Position numbers and translations under genes: made by a program
In this document: positions 22,635 to 35,630 of the stretch, one piece after another
How the letters are laid out: the number at the start of each line of letters is the position of its first letter
How positions within the stretch are numbered: position 1 is the first letter of the stretch
The notes under the pieces: model-generated
Seen by the model: only the letters and a program-made list of their open reading frames with translations
Told to the model about the DNA's origin: nothing
Databases searched by the model: none
NCBI GenBank assembly: GCA_965644295.1
Contig: CBFFRP010000097.1
Coordinates: 188,486-252,485 of the forward strand
DNA: 64,000 nucleotides
Direction of reading: 5' to 3'
From: Paraphysomonas bandaiensis
Lineage: Eukaryota > Protista > Chrysophyceae

Positions 22635-24294
22635 TTCTGGTACGAAATGGTCACCGTATAGCAGTGAATACTGTCGTTGTCTACATCCATGTCGTTTGTG
22701 TTGGTAGAACAAGAAGATCTTAACAAGATTACGACAACACCCCACTAACTGATAGCTATGTCTTATTAACTGTGTTCGAATGAAGTTATTTATGTCAGAG
22801 CACAGGAGAAGTTATGCCTTTTATTAACGTTATGGTTGAATACATCTATCGGAAATACAAAGAGATATCACAGCTTTAAAGAGACACCTTGTATCATGCT
22901 ATACATGATTGCATCGTTTCTTTGTATCACCCGATTATTCTTCACCCATGAAGACGCTCACAAGCCCTACATTGATCCTATTTTTGTACTATTGAATAGG
23001 AGCAGCTTCAGGATCATAAATTACTGCTATAATTTTCGCCAAGTCCCAAGAGATACTTTCCGATATCTTGTTATGGCAACTTGTGATTATGATTGTGTCT
23101 GTGGTCTGGAATCGTCTCACAATAGTGTAATATTGAAAGATGCCGGGTAAATAATATTTAGATGATGCTGGGTATGTCAATTTCACAAACGAATTAATTC
23201 CATATCACGGTGTGATATACAATGTGTCGGAGTGGATAGAATCCGATCAATGCCCCCTAAAGAAGACATATTTAAAAATCCAATTTTCTATTCTAGTGCA
23301 AATATACCTCTACCCATTTTGCCTTCAGTGTTGTCTTGTCATGTGTGCCTCCATGCATGTGACGTAGATCCTGCTTGTAGATCGAACTGCGAATCAATTA
23401 TTTACGTGGTGTGATAGGATTGCACCAACAATGTGGCAATCTTGTTATGTGAATAACAAATAAAGAAATAGTCATGTGAACAACAAAGTGAGAATGTCTT
23501 TTTCAATACAGAACGGTATATAATTCAGTGTTAGCATTCAGCCTACAACACTTCTAAAGAAAAAATATCATATAGAGAGCTTTGTAAAGTGTTGTTACTA
23601 TATACTACAATATGATATGCATTAGCACTGATCGCTTCATACTGTTGTGTTTTGCTGTTGCGTTGAGAGCAATTCGACGGTATTTGAATTACGATCGTAA
23701 CAAGAAGGATACAGAATGCTGTAGTGATTTAGAGTATAGTATGTACGATTGAGATGATAGGGATAATAGGATTAATTTTAATATATTAAATGTATATATG
23801 AACTGTATATATTAACTCGTCTCTATACAAAATCAGTTAGATTGATCGTAATTTATAATTCAAGCATTCATAAAATTTAGCTTTAACGCTTAAACCAACC
23901 TAACATGCCCATTTCTGATACATACGCAGTAGTGTAAATAGTGAGACCCTTAACTGGTAGACAATTTCATTATATTATAAATTATAAATAACTGGTGGTA
24001 GTGCGTAGTAGTTTGTTGTTTGTTCCTGCTGTTTGCACTCTACCTGTACTGTTTTATGTATTATATATTATATAGGACAGCACTACTATGTCAAACACAA
24101 CACAAACGCATGCTATGTTTGGTGCCCTTTACAGTTGGCCGCACAACATAGAACATGTAAAATAGAAACTTAATTTGCTACTACTCTGAGCCGCACTGAC
24201 TACTCAGTTAATAATAAAAACGTATTGGCCACAAGCGCCAATAAAAATATACAATTGTATGTGCAACACATCATATAGTTATACAAAACAATGT

Positions 24295-26474
24295 TCAATA
24301 AGCAGGAGGATCTTTCCCTGAAATCATAATATTTGGTGTCAATATTGGTTGCACGGTTCTCCCTAATTCGACTGTGCCACTATGCTGTCTATCACTGTGA
24401 AGTACATTACTAACTTCGCTTATACTACTTGTTTCGCTGGCTATATCGTGCAATTCCTCGTCCTCATTTAACCTAATAGAAATATAGATTATATTAACAA
24501 TGATAAGAAGCTACAGGTGACCTGACAAAGTCTTGTCGACGGATTACTGTATCATCTGACTTCCCAGTAAAAAGATACCGAACTAAGCGTTGTATAGGGG
24601 TCACAAATCGTGCTCTTAAAGAGGTTTCTTCACCCCTGGGTCCACGCACTTGAGTCAACAAGATTACCTAAAAGATAAAGAATCTACCTGACGCTGGCAG
24701 AACTGTCATCAATACTTTGCTCGCAATCTCGCAAAGTTAATGCAATCTCAGCGTTACGAATCAAACCTATTCCTCTAACTTATAATTCGTAAGCACATAT
24801 GGAATGCAGATACCGTCAGAATCCAGGTCCAATCGATCGAAGGTCCTACAGGCCATGAGAATATCCTGCAATTGATTATATACAAGTAAAGTAAATTTAT
24901 TCATTTGCATGTGTCGAACCTTGTTGGAAATTTTACCCATCATATGCAGAAGCCCTACTACAAACTCAATCTGAACATCGATTAAAGAAAGAGGACTCAC
25001 TACAGCGAAGGAGCTATTACCTTAGATGTCTCGTCCTTCGGTGTGGCTTTAAGGCGGGGGTTTGTCTCGAAGAATTCGCTATCGCTGATTCGAGATAGAG
25101 ACTGCCAATACACCATTGTTGTCAAACAGTGAAATTATCTGTGGAAGTACTGACCGCAGCAGAGAGGTGCTCGTCGAACTGATTCATAACAGTACGCTCA
25201 TTCCGCTTATATCGCATAGCAATAGGAAACTACAATGATTGATATCAATAAGGACTGAAATATGCAAATTTCTCAAATCAGACCTTGACAAGCTCGGTCC
25301 ATGCCACAGTCATGAGGACACAACCCACTGAACAGAGTTTTAGGTTGAAGGAAAGTATAAAAATATTATTTATGACGAACCAACGCAGTAAATGATTGTA
25401 AACCCCTTTCCAGCTGAAGTTTCCGGTGCAATATCGCCGTACCCCACTACATACATGATAGCAGGCTCAGCAAGTCATACATAAATTTCTTGTAGTGCAC
25501 GTCACATGTAAACACCTGTAGTTATTGTAACACAAGCCCAGTAAAACGAATCTACAGCATGCCACCCTTCTACAAAGTGCATAACCACAGAGCCAACAAC
25601 CAGTAATATCAACACCAGGAACGCAGAGGAGATAGCATTGCGACGCAGTTGCTGTACACGGGATGCCGTTGTCAATATCAATGAATCAGTTACAGTATGA
25701 ATTACGTACCTCAAAGTCGTCATCAAAAGATTGGAGATGTATCCTCTTGACGTGCTCGACAGACATATCTTCATCCTGTTCAGACATCTCCACCGTGTCA
25801 TATGGCAATACAACTTCTTTATCCATCGCTTTGGCAGATTGAAGGCGACTTGTCCCATTAACCACAGACACAGCGCTTGTATCGTATTCAGTATTGGCAC
25901 TCCCAGTGCTCGCCGGCGGGAAGAGTTTCTTCTTGATGTGGTTAAACGCTGATATTCTAATTGCAGATATCTTGTCCATAAAAGTGAGTATTCTAGTACG
26001 GTGCATTGCTCGCATTCTCTGATCATTGTCGATAATTATTTCTCCCATAATTACCATAAAATAACCGATGAGAATAAGACCAAGCAGTATGAAGAAACAT
26101 GTAAATAGCTTTGAAGCATTAGTTTCTACAAATGAGCATATTACATCTATATATATATGGTGATCTCTTACTCGGAACAAACTCGCCGTATCTGAAACAG
26201 AACTTGTAAGAATCATTACACTAAATATCAAAAACTTACCCTACAGTAGTGAAGGTTACCACCGCAAAATAAAGAGAATCAAGAAAAGAAAAATGATCTC
26301 GAATAAAATGAAAATAAGATACGCCAATAAGGACATAAACCACAAATAAGAATATGATGTGTGGTATTTTGGATGTTGATTTATTGAGCTCTCGAACAGT
26401 TAGAACCATTATAACAATCAGGTGAGAATTCACAGACTATGTTAATCACCTCACCAGTAGAATACTTGGACCAT
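24295..26474 (-). CDS. Two-pore potassium channel (TPK/KCO-like) with EF-hand, multi-exon
   Basis: Two pore loops, DSLYFAVVTFTTVG and DSFYWACVTITT..GYGDIAP, plus EF-hand-like FDRLDLDSDG. The last exon ends at TGA 24295. The start codon is approximate. Confidence 0.85.
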
Positions 26475-26970
26475 ATAATAATAGGTTTCAGTTAAACTAC
26501 ACTATAATTGTGACACAGTTAGAGTGCGTTAATCTATAAGCCAAAATTTTAAACAACCCTATCTTGAAATAGCTTATCACTTTACTTGTCAACTGACCAA
26601 TAATATACCCATCTTTGTGAATACGGCAGTGTCATTCGTTAATTAGTTACCTATAAAAAATGTTCTTTGAGGCGATTTGATGGTTCTTTGTATACAATAT
26701 ACGGGCAACAGTCCGGCTTCCAGTGTCTCATATCACCGTATATTTTTTTATTCGCTCAGATCATATACATACACACTGCTGTTCACACTGCTGTACATGG
26801 AGAGTACATGCATACATCACAACATATCACTCACCTGGTTCAGTATATTAATAAGAGTGATTTGTTTGTAATTAGTTATCATCTCTGGCTATATCTCGGT
26901 CTTATTGCTCTTCACAACATATTCAAGTGTGTCCTGTAGCTGTTAGTAGATTAGAGCTGTCTATAGCACT

Positions 26971-27404
26971 ATGAACACACGAAATAATTATGGCAGTACA
27001 ACCAGTAAAGCAGAAACAATGACCATTTTGGAGGATAGTTCTCGACTGACACACGAAAACGAAGAACTTGGTCGGAATTGTATCTAATTAATGTTTGTTT
27101 TTCATTTTATTTGTAGCGTCAAACGTTATGGGCTCAATGAGCAGGCAACGGGCACAGTTGAAAGAAATAGATGGTAATGTAAGTTATATTTACACCATTT
27201 TTCATCCATTGTGATTCACGTTGTCGTATTCGTTAGTTGGGCGCTATGACTTCATTGTCATCTTCAGCTAGTGTTACACTAAGAAGTATGCAAGACAAAG
27301 CTTTCAGTAAGAAGATGTGGCTATACTTTATAATGATATTGTTGTTAGTCGTGAACTTATTTTTAATTATTCGGATGTTTCGTAATCATGGTAGTTTGTA
27401 TTGA
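26971..27404 (+). CDS. Small Qb-type (Vti1-like) SNARE with C-terminal TM, 3 exons
   Basis: Exons 26971-27070, 27117-27178 and 27237-27404 splice in frame to 109 aa: LEDSSRLTHENEELASNVMGSMSRQRAQL...LRSMQDKAFSKKMWLYFIMILLLVVNLFLII. Confidence 0.75.
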
Positions 27405-27698
27405 TGTACCTCGTAATCGTAAAATAAATCAGATATAGTAGTAACTGTTACCTTCATTTCTTGTGAGCTGATGGAGCAGAGAATTTGTTGCAACTATGAG
27501 ATGACTACAACGTGGTTGATATATAGAATATTCTATTGCTAAGAGCACTTGTCGTTATATTTTTTGTAAACTAGCGTATTTATAGTGTTTACCAGAGATC
27601 CATAATGTTCGTAGTAGCACTTACAAAATATAGTGGTACTAATCAAATCAAACAAGTATACCTCAAATGACAAATAGCGGTATTATATTCTTAACCCA

Positions 27699-29714
27699 TT
27701 AGAGTGATTCACTTAATAAATCTTCACTATCTTTAACACAAAGCCCATGCCTTCCCCTCATATACCACCAAGTACCCACGACAAATATTAAAATGAAGCC
27801 TATACTGGCACCTATTGCAATCAGAACTATTTTCGTATCCGAAAGGCTAGATTCATCATTGTTGTGTTTATTCTTGTCATAAACGTTGATTGGAGTACTC
27901 TCATACGAAGTGATGTTGGCATCTCGAAGTTGCCAAGTGTTCACGCTCTGAAATGTACACGAGCAGGTCGATTGCGCCGGACATTTTGTAAATAGCTGGA
28001 CGTTAGTAGAAGTAGAAGGGGAGGCAGGATAGACTCTCCGCGTTGATGCGCGAGCACCATTGGCAATGAAACTTTCTATCACGCTATGGTCTACTAACAC
28101 TCGGAGTTCTAAATTTCCTTCAGCATCCACGTGCACAGATGTTCCGGTGCCGACAGGGTAGGTACTGCTCAATGTGCGGTTCACAGCAGCTGATATGTTA
28201 GAACAAGAGTTTGAAGGATCTACGAATAGAAGAGCGTAACCGGCTGCTCCATCAGGACTGTTCTCACCACTGGCAGTTACGAACTGAACTCCTACTTCTG
28301 TGTACTCGTGCGTCTCCTGCCCAGATAAGTCATCTGAGGTTCCAGAAAAGTCAACAGAAGAGAGGACACGAATCCCACACGAATCTCCCACGCGCATGTC
28401 CCCCACTGCAATTCGAACGGTAATTTCCAACTGATTCCCAACAGTGCTGGGTAGAACTGTGAATGCCGTATTTATCGTATCGTTCGATGAACTAGAAACA
28501 TTTATCGCAGGATAGCTTACATGACTGCTGTCTATGCGCAGGCTATCTACGGCGGATTGAAGTGGTGGAGTACGCAGGTACCACGGCCCGTTTACCTCCT
28601 CTACGTACGCTTGCATGACCCTTGGGAGGGACATAGCTCCGGCCCATCCGTATGGATCCCCACTGCCATCAACCGGCCGCTCCTCTGGTAGCCAGCCCCA
28701 CAACACCCGCCCCACAGAGGGCACATAATATGTCTTGGAAGCGTAAAAAGTTCCTACATCAAGAGCAACTAGAGTACTTCGGTTCATAGCGGAGTTCCAT
28801 TGATCACTGTTCACATCATAGCCACTAATGTCGCCACCAGTAGAATTTAGAGGTGTATATTTACCAGTGAGGTAGTAGTCTCTGGGGGAAACTCCCCATG
28901 GCTGGGAGTAGGATGGCCCTGGTCCAATAGAATACTTTAACACCCATGTAGTATCGTCGTCAGTGCCATTCAACGGGAATAAATCAGGACACTCCCACAT
29001 AACCGCACCGGCTGTGTCTGTTAGAATATATCCATCATTCCGCCACTCTGACCAGGAGCCTGGTTCTTGAGATCCAGAAGCATTATATACTGATGAAAAT
29101 ACCACTACACCGCTTTCACCACTACAAGGGCAACCATCTGATTTTTGAGTAGCGTAGGCCATGCACCATCTATTCTCACCAGAAGTACCACAGGGATAAG
29201 CTTCAGTTGGGTCCCTTCCCGGTGGAATACTGGCGCTTTCATTTGGAGAGTATATGACTGGGTTAGATTCATACCATGTCCAGTTCACGTATTTGGGGTC
29301 AGACATATTAGTCGGATACGCTAATAACTGCATATCATTGGTAGGGACTGAGGCAGAGAGCCACGGTACACCAGGACTATTGCCCTGGGGAAGCCATGTA
29401 GCTGATCCGGAGTAAACACCGGGAATAGAGCCATCGACCTGTGTGTACCACACATCAGTGTAATTTAAGGCGGTTGGGAGAATTTCCCAATCTACGAGGT
29501 CGCTTGATACGGCATGTCCCCAAACTCTTGGTGTGAGATACTGGTAGAAGAGATGGTGTAATCCAGTAGAAGTGTCAAAAAAAGGTCCATTAGGATCATT
29601 CATCCAATTCGATTCTGGTATGAAATGAAACTTTGGTTTATTTTCATCGACAGATAACGCAACACAAGATAAAAACATACACACATGTTTGATGCTATGC
29701 AATAAAGAGGGCAT
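27699..29714 (-). CDS. GH32 beta-fructofuranosidase, type I membrane protein
   Basis: Catalytic motifs WMNDPNG, RDP and WECPD, plus WAGAMSLPR and LVDHSVIESF. Signal peptide and C-terminal TM helix. Intronless. Confidence 0.92.
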   Translation of the reverse strand: MPSLLHSIKHVCMFLSCVALSVDENKPKFHFIPESNWMNDPNGPFFDTSTGLHHLFYQYLTPRVWGHAVSSDLVDWEILPTALNYTDVWYTQVDGSIPGVYSGSATWLPQGNSPGVPWLSASVPTNDMQLLAYPTNMSDPKYVNWTWYESNPVIYSPNESASIPPGRDPTEAYPCGTSGENRWCMAYATQKSDGCPCSGESGVVVFSSVYNASGSQEPGSWSEWRNDGYILTDTAGAVMWECPDLFPLNGTDDDTTWVLKYSIGPGPSYSQPWGVSPRDYYLTGKYTPLNSTGGDISGYDVNSDQWNSAMNRSTLVALDVGTFYASKTYYVPSVGRVLWGWLPEERPVDGSGDPYGWAGAMSLPRVMQAYVEEVNGPWYLRTPPLQSAVDSLRIDSSHVSYPAINVSSSSNDTINTAFTVLPSTVGNQLEITVRIAVGDMRVGDSCGIRVLSSVDFSGTSDDLSGQETHEYTEVGVQFVTASGENSPDGAAGYALLFVDPSNSCSNISAAVNRTLSSTYPVGTGTSVHVDAEGNLELRVLVDHSVIESFIANGARASTRRVYPASPSTSTNVQLFTKCPAQSTCSCTFQSVNTWQLRDANITSYESTPINVYDKNKHNNDESSLSDTKIVLIAIGASIGFILIFVVGTWWYMRGRHGLCVKDSEDLLSESL

Positions 29715-30088
29715 GACAATCTCAGTATACTCTCGAAGGGTTGGTAATAAACAAAATAGGCGATATAATAAGTAGCAAGATCCTCTCGGAAGGGCATAAT
29801 GATATGCAATTGCAAGAAAAGCGGCTATCGTGGGGTCTAAATATCAGTAATATTCAGACTGGAATACTACAATATCGTAGTAATATTTAATACTCGACAT
29901 GCAGAAACCAGCACTTCTCAGTGCTTGACCAGTGTAAAAATCAGCTTTTTCGAATTAAGTAAACTCTGCGAATCCGTATTCTGTCGCTCATATGTGTATT
30001 TGCAACACATGCATATTGTACATACACAGCAGTACAGTAGAATGTATATATGCAGAATACAGAATATATGTACCTACACACAGACGTA

Positions 30089-30220
30089 CATACATACATA
30101 CATACATACATACATACATACATACATACATACATACATACATACATACATACATACATACATACATACATACATACATACATACATACATACATACATA
30201 CATACATACATACATACATA
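30089..30220. repeat. (CATA)n microsatellite, ~33 units
   Basis: Uninterrupted tetranucleotide tract. Confidence 0.98.
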
Positions 30221-30364
30221 CCAGTGCTTGGGATGGTGGAGTGGCTGTGTGGTGTATTGTTAATTGTTATATACACTAACCTCTAGTCGAGAGCACATAA
30301 ATTTATACTCTCGATATATAATTACAACTGTGAAGTTGGCCTGCATTGAGAGTGTCTTTGCACC

Positions 30365-31380
30365 ATGTTCTCTCGCGGTTTACTGGTTCGAAATATATTA
30401 AAGGTTGAGCCCCACCTCGGCGTATGTCGTATCGCCGTTGCGAACTTCAGCAATACGTCAAAGTTTCCTATTAAGCAAAAGAGGAAATTTTATGGCGTTA
30501 GAGACCCTAGGTTGCCTAAGCCTGATGCCCCTCCTACTGAGATGCCATTGGATATTGATGAGTTCATTAGAAATATTGACACCACACTTACTCCTGAACA
30601 GCAAGCTAGAGTGGATAAAATAAAGCAATCATTTGCAGGACCGAAAGCAAAGAGATGTAAAAACTAAACGTCTAATATTAAGCGTAATTTAATTGGGTTT
30701 GTAGCGCTTTATCGTGATGTGGCGACCCCTAATGAAATGGCCAAGGTAACAACAAACTGTCACTGCGTATTTTCCATAGTAATATGCACTACTCCCAGCT
30801 CGAGTATGACGGCTTTCCAGCTAAAACAACTGAGAATGCACAAAAACTTATAGACTATGCATTGAGTTTTCTTCCTGAAAGTAAGTTATAACAATATTAT
30901 ATTTAATATCGACACCAATGTTTTTTATTGTTGAGTGGATACCGTATTTCTTTTGATATATCTCCCTGGAATTTGCAAATGCTGTGCTCTTGTGTAATAT
31001 TCATACAGAGGCTGGCCCTAGACGATCTCGACACAAGAAACGCATGGAGAAAAGGATGCAACAGATGAGGGTCTGTTAGTATATTTAATGATGTTTTCCC
31101 TAACATTTGATTGAACAGGGTGATCACAAGCGAAGAAAGATACAAACCAAGGCTGCTATTGCCAAAAAACGGGTATACACATATCATTTACATATTGTTG
31201 TTTAACTTTTACACGTGGACCGAATAGGAGAAATTTTTAAAGCAGGCAGCATTGGTGAAGCAGTACAAATTGCAGGCGGGAATTCACGTACCCGAGAAAT
31301 TCTTCGAACCGAAGTTTAAGACCTGGAAGGAACGAAGGGAGGCAGAAGCAGCACAAAAAGCAGCGCAGAAAGCTAGCTAG
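30365..31380 (+). CDS. Basic hypothetical protein, probably mitochondrial, ~6 exons
   Basis: Arg/Ser/Leu-rich presequence-like N-terminus. Short GT-AG-bounded exons continue to ..ERREAEAAQKAAQKAS* with TAG at 31378-31380. Confidence 0.6.
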
Positions 31381-31879
31381 ATCATGCAATATTAATCTCG
31401 TAACTGATGCGTACTGTATTTTTGTGCTCATGAGGTTTGAATGCAGTTCTTAAGTAAGCATGTGGTTTGGAAAACATATTGAATTGTTCGTACAGTTTAC
31501 TTATCTTGAGTAGCAACAATTACTAATTTCAAAATATATACTACAATAATATACTATGAAGCGACAATAGCGTAATTAGTTTCCTCATAATAGTAGTGAA
31601 GACATGAAGACTGCTTGTAGTTGAGCAAGGGATAAGGACATCTTTCAACGGGTCATGCATTGTACGGAAGTGAGAGGTAGATTTGGCGAGGCCATCAGAT
31701 CGGTAAATGTACAAATAATCGAGGATCAGTAATGTGGATGGAATGAGAGCATGAATGAAATTCTTCTTATCTAAGACCTGATAGTATTGATTGGTAGAGA
31801 GAATATTATTGTAGCATTGACCCCAACAAGACCACATGCACTGATAGTGGCTACCAGCTAGATTATTTAAAGTGCATGT

Positions 31880-33170
31880 TCCTTGTTGTTGGCTGCACCC
31901 ATGATTCTATCACTCAAATACGAGAATCAGCTGAAAGACTTCACACCTTACGGGGCGAGACACTACCGCCTTGGATCACCCCAGTATCTAAGATCATCTC
32001 CAGTAAAGCGTGGGGCTCATCCCTCTCTTAGGTTGAAAGCTTCTGGACAGGCAACTCAACTCGAAGCAGTCTGTGGCTCACATATCCACTGCAGTCTGAC
32101 CTCGCGTGGAGTACGCACTCATGACAATACGGTGGTTAGTATACTTCAACCACTATTTTCAGCAGCCAAACAGATTCTCCAAAATTGCAGCCAACGCTAC
32201 GCTGATTCCTCGAGGGTTCCACACGTGCTTCCTCCTAAAACATGTAGTAAGCCGCGAATCCGGCAAAGACGACCGCCGGTCCCCCGACTTGTAGGAGTGA
32301 AAAATTTATATATTCAACTTCTCCCTACTAGGTCAACAGCTCCCTCCATAAGTCCACCTTTAACTATCACCACACAACCCATTAGTCCCCACTTCTGACC
32401 CAATTGTCTCTAAGCAGAGAATCTCAGCTGGGCGAATGACCACTTTCTGTACACTTTTAATACTTTCACGCCCCACACAGGCGAACCCCACCAGCTATCT
32501 TTTCCTCGGAACGCTATCCTCCCATCTACATAACTCTGATCCTCCCTCAAGCTTCGCTGACCCATACCCCCTGATTAACCACACCTCTTGACAATGAAAG
32601 ACTATCATCAGTGGGCAGTTCTCACACTTACTTAAAGACTCATCACAATCCTGATGTGAGGTATACAGCTTGCTCACTGCATTTGCTTTGAGCGATAGAG
32701 CAAAAGTAGTTGCACCTCGGAGTGTAAACAACATTTTTCTTGTAATAAAAGTGTTAATAAAATGTTATTATTATAATATTGTAAGTACTTGTACATACAT
32801 ACACAGTCACACCATAGGGGCAAAGTCAGTTTAAATGAATAGTGTATATGGTCACGGTTACAGGGCACAGGGTCAAAGACCCCCCCCCTCTCACTGTGTG
32901 TGTTTCGTGCTTGCGGTGACCCAGAAGCGTCCTCCATAGAATCAAATAGTAGGATATCAGAGTTAAATTATGCATACACAGTCACACCATAGGGGCAAAG
33001 TCAGTTTAAATGAATAGTGTATATGGTCACGGTTACAGGGCACAGGGTCGAAGACCCCCCCCTTTTCACTGTGTGTGTTTCGTGCTTGCGGTGACCCAGA
33101 AGCGTCCTCCATAGAATCAAATAGTAGGATATCAGAGTTAAATTAGTTAAACTACTAGTTAGTTAAATTA
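31880..33170 (+). mobile_element. Degraded 3' end of a non-LTR retrotransposon (RLE-type C-terminus) with duplicated 3' region
   Basis: HIHC...GVRTHDNTVVSILQPL resembles the zinc-knuckle/RHD region of RLE-type elements. C-rich broken frames are followed by a tandem duplication and a TAGT/GTTAA-rich tail. Confidence 0.4.
32798..33145. repeat. Tandem direct duplication of a ~175-bp unit
   Basis: 32798-32970 and 32973-33145 are nearly identical, with differences only around the GGGTC-NAA-GACCC hairpin and C-run. Confidence 0.95.
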
Positions 33171-33579
33171 CTTTGCAATATTAGTTCTGACTCTTACATG
33201 CCTATCAGAACTATTGTAGCCAACATGCAGGAATGATAAAAGTTGACAGAGATATGATAGCGAGTTGCACATGTTCTCCTCTATAATATATATTACAATA
33301 AAAAGTCGAAGTAATACCTGAACCAGGTGAAATTTTGCTTATTTTACTGTAATTCGTATCTGAGAGGTTAAAGATAAAGAAGAGTCACTATAATAGTTAT
33401 TATTAGGAGTATTTATTGCGTTACAAGTTGCCCCTCCTGCTACTTGTGTTTTGTAATATAACCAAAATATCAATACCTATAAATACGATTAGTAGTAGCA
33501 GTCAGTACATTACATGGCATTCAGGAATTATATAAAGCAAAAAATACGTTATTATTGTAAGGATACAACACATCCACTT

Positions 33580-34984
33580 TTAATACGGTTGTCTATACGA
33601 TGACCTCGATGTGGTACTCCACATTGAATATTCATCTTCTTTCTTCACCAAATGAGACCTTGGTTGAGAATGAATACCACCTTTAATTCTTTGAGCCTTT
33701 ATTCCTACATAGGCATGTGCATCGAAAACAGGACCCGAATAGGCTCCTTGTTTTTTTGTTGTGTCCCAAACTAAACTCTCCTGTCCTAGTAGCGACTTCA
33801 CATCATTTCCACTTTCATACATGCGGAACAACTTCGACTGTCGGACTGTACTACGAGTTCCTATTACATTACCGGTGTTCTGTGTGCCACCAGATATACC
33901 TCTGTTGTGAAACGCAGATCTCTCAGACATCCTATCAGCTACTTTCCTCCTAGCGGAAAGACTAGTTGGAGTCGTCTGTAGAGCGCTATGCAAATGGCTG
34001 TACTTTTCAGGAGTAGGTTCACCATTATTGCATGACCTATCTCTGTATGCATCTGCAGAAATGCCACCTCCAGAATTCTCTGTGGAAGAAACACTTGCAT
34101 TATGATATCCTGCCCTAATGTTTTTCTTCCTATATGCATCGTGTACTTCATTACATTCGCGCTCACCAAATAGAATCTCCTTAGTCTCTATAGCGTTGGC
34201 CAAGGTATCTTTTAGTGTATTAGTTGACTTCCACTCGGAACGTGACGGTGTGCTTTGATTGGTTAATAGTTTATCAGGAACTCCATCGACACACACAATG
34301 CTTCGATTCCACTCTGGTAGTGGCGCCCCTGGTAACGGTTTAGGTCTGTTTTTATATTCCGCATCGTATTGATCAAATAAACGCAACATATCTCCCATCT
34401 GAGCATGACTACGATCCTGTTGACCTGCAGCTAGATCTCGTGCAGTTTTCTCATCCCTTGTTATCATGTCACTTCGAGCACCCGCTTCTAAGAGTAGCTT
34501 GACCAGATGGGGATAGTTAACTGCTTTCATTATTACATCACTCATTATTACAATAAAATTATAGTTTACATTTTGCCGCCAAATGTAATGCCGTGTACCC
34601 CTGCTCTCCAGGTGTATTTATATCACATCCAATACTGATTAAGTACTTTACAATGTCTGTGCGATTGTACTGAACTGCGTGATGTAACGGAGTCGGCCCT
34701 CGACCATTGACTCCACCATTAGGTCGCCAGGCTGTGTATCTTCTACGCTCAAAATCAGCCCCACATTCTACAAGATATTTAAAAATGGGGAGAGAGCCTA
34801 TCCAAGCGGCATGATGGAGTAGCGACTTTCCCGTACCAGCAGACTTGGCAGCAACCTCACCTCTAACCCAGGAGTCAGTGCATGTCATGTTAACATTTCC
34901 ACCAGATTTAACAGCACGTACAACTTCTTCTATATTTCCTGAGCTCACAGCGTTCCAAAGTATATCATCTTTACTATTGAACAT
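33580..34984 (-). CDS. Ankyrin-repeat protein, 2 exons
   Basis: Motifs SLLHHAA, TPLHHAV and TALHLAAK|..YPHLVKLLLEAGA across one intron. Low-complexity C-terminus. Confidence 0.88.
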
Positions 34985-35630
34985 TACACGATCTTTATAA
35001 TAAACACAATACTATTGTGGCATGAGAAACTATACATAAATGATAGCCAGTTAATATCTATTGAATGTAGTTGTTTTATATCGCTCAAGCGGTGTGATTG
35101 TTTAAGGGAATATGAAAACATATCCAGATGGAACACATCTACATGGAATAGAGATACGACACTCTATCGAGATCTCATGTAACGTTTATTTATATGAACA
35201 GAGCAGACAGCATGTACAGCTGTATATCTTCATAACAATACAGTACGGTATACGTATACTGTATACCAGGAGGAGTACAGAATACGCTACCCTACAAGAA
35301 GGGCTCCTTCAATTCTCCTTCAACCACAAGTTCAAGTTACAAAAAGTAGTACTTTTCAACCTTTTTCATTCCAAAACTATGGGTTTATAGATAAGGAGTT
35401 GTGTTTTCTCCATTTTATAGCAGTGTATATTGCTTGGTGTCATCACAGAAGTATCAACGAACACAGCAGACAGCAGCAGGGTATTGTATCCTGGTCCATA
35501 TATATCACATGTGTGTTCTAGGCGGAGAACACAGTCTTGAGTTCATACAATTTATATTGACGGTATAAATACTTCGATCACTGGTTCTTCGATCATAAAA
35601 GAGGGTTTGGATTAACTTATCGAGATAACA

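Noticed and set aside
22313-22745. ORFs with MYVC/YIHT repeats (also 29925-30286)
   Set aside because: Translations of (TATG)n microsatellites, which lack stops.
22800-23420. Coding-like decayed sequence
   Set aside because: Stops in all frames and no assignable family.
32798-33145. Hammerhead ribozyme or tRNA in the duplicated unit
   Set aside because: No CUGANGA core with correctly placed GAAA/NUH on either strand, and no cloverleaf.
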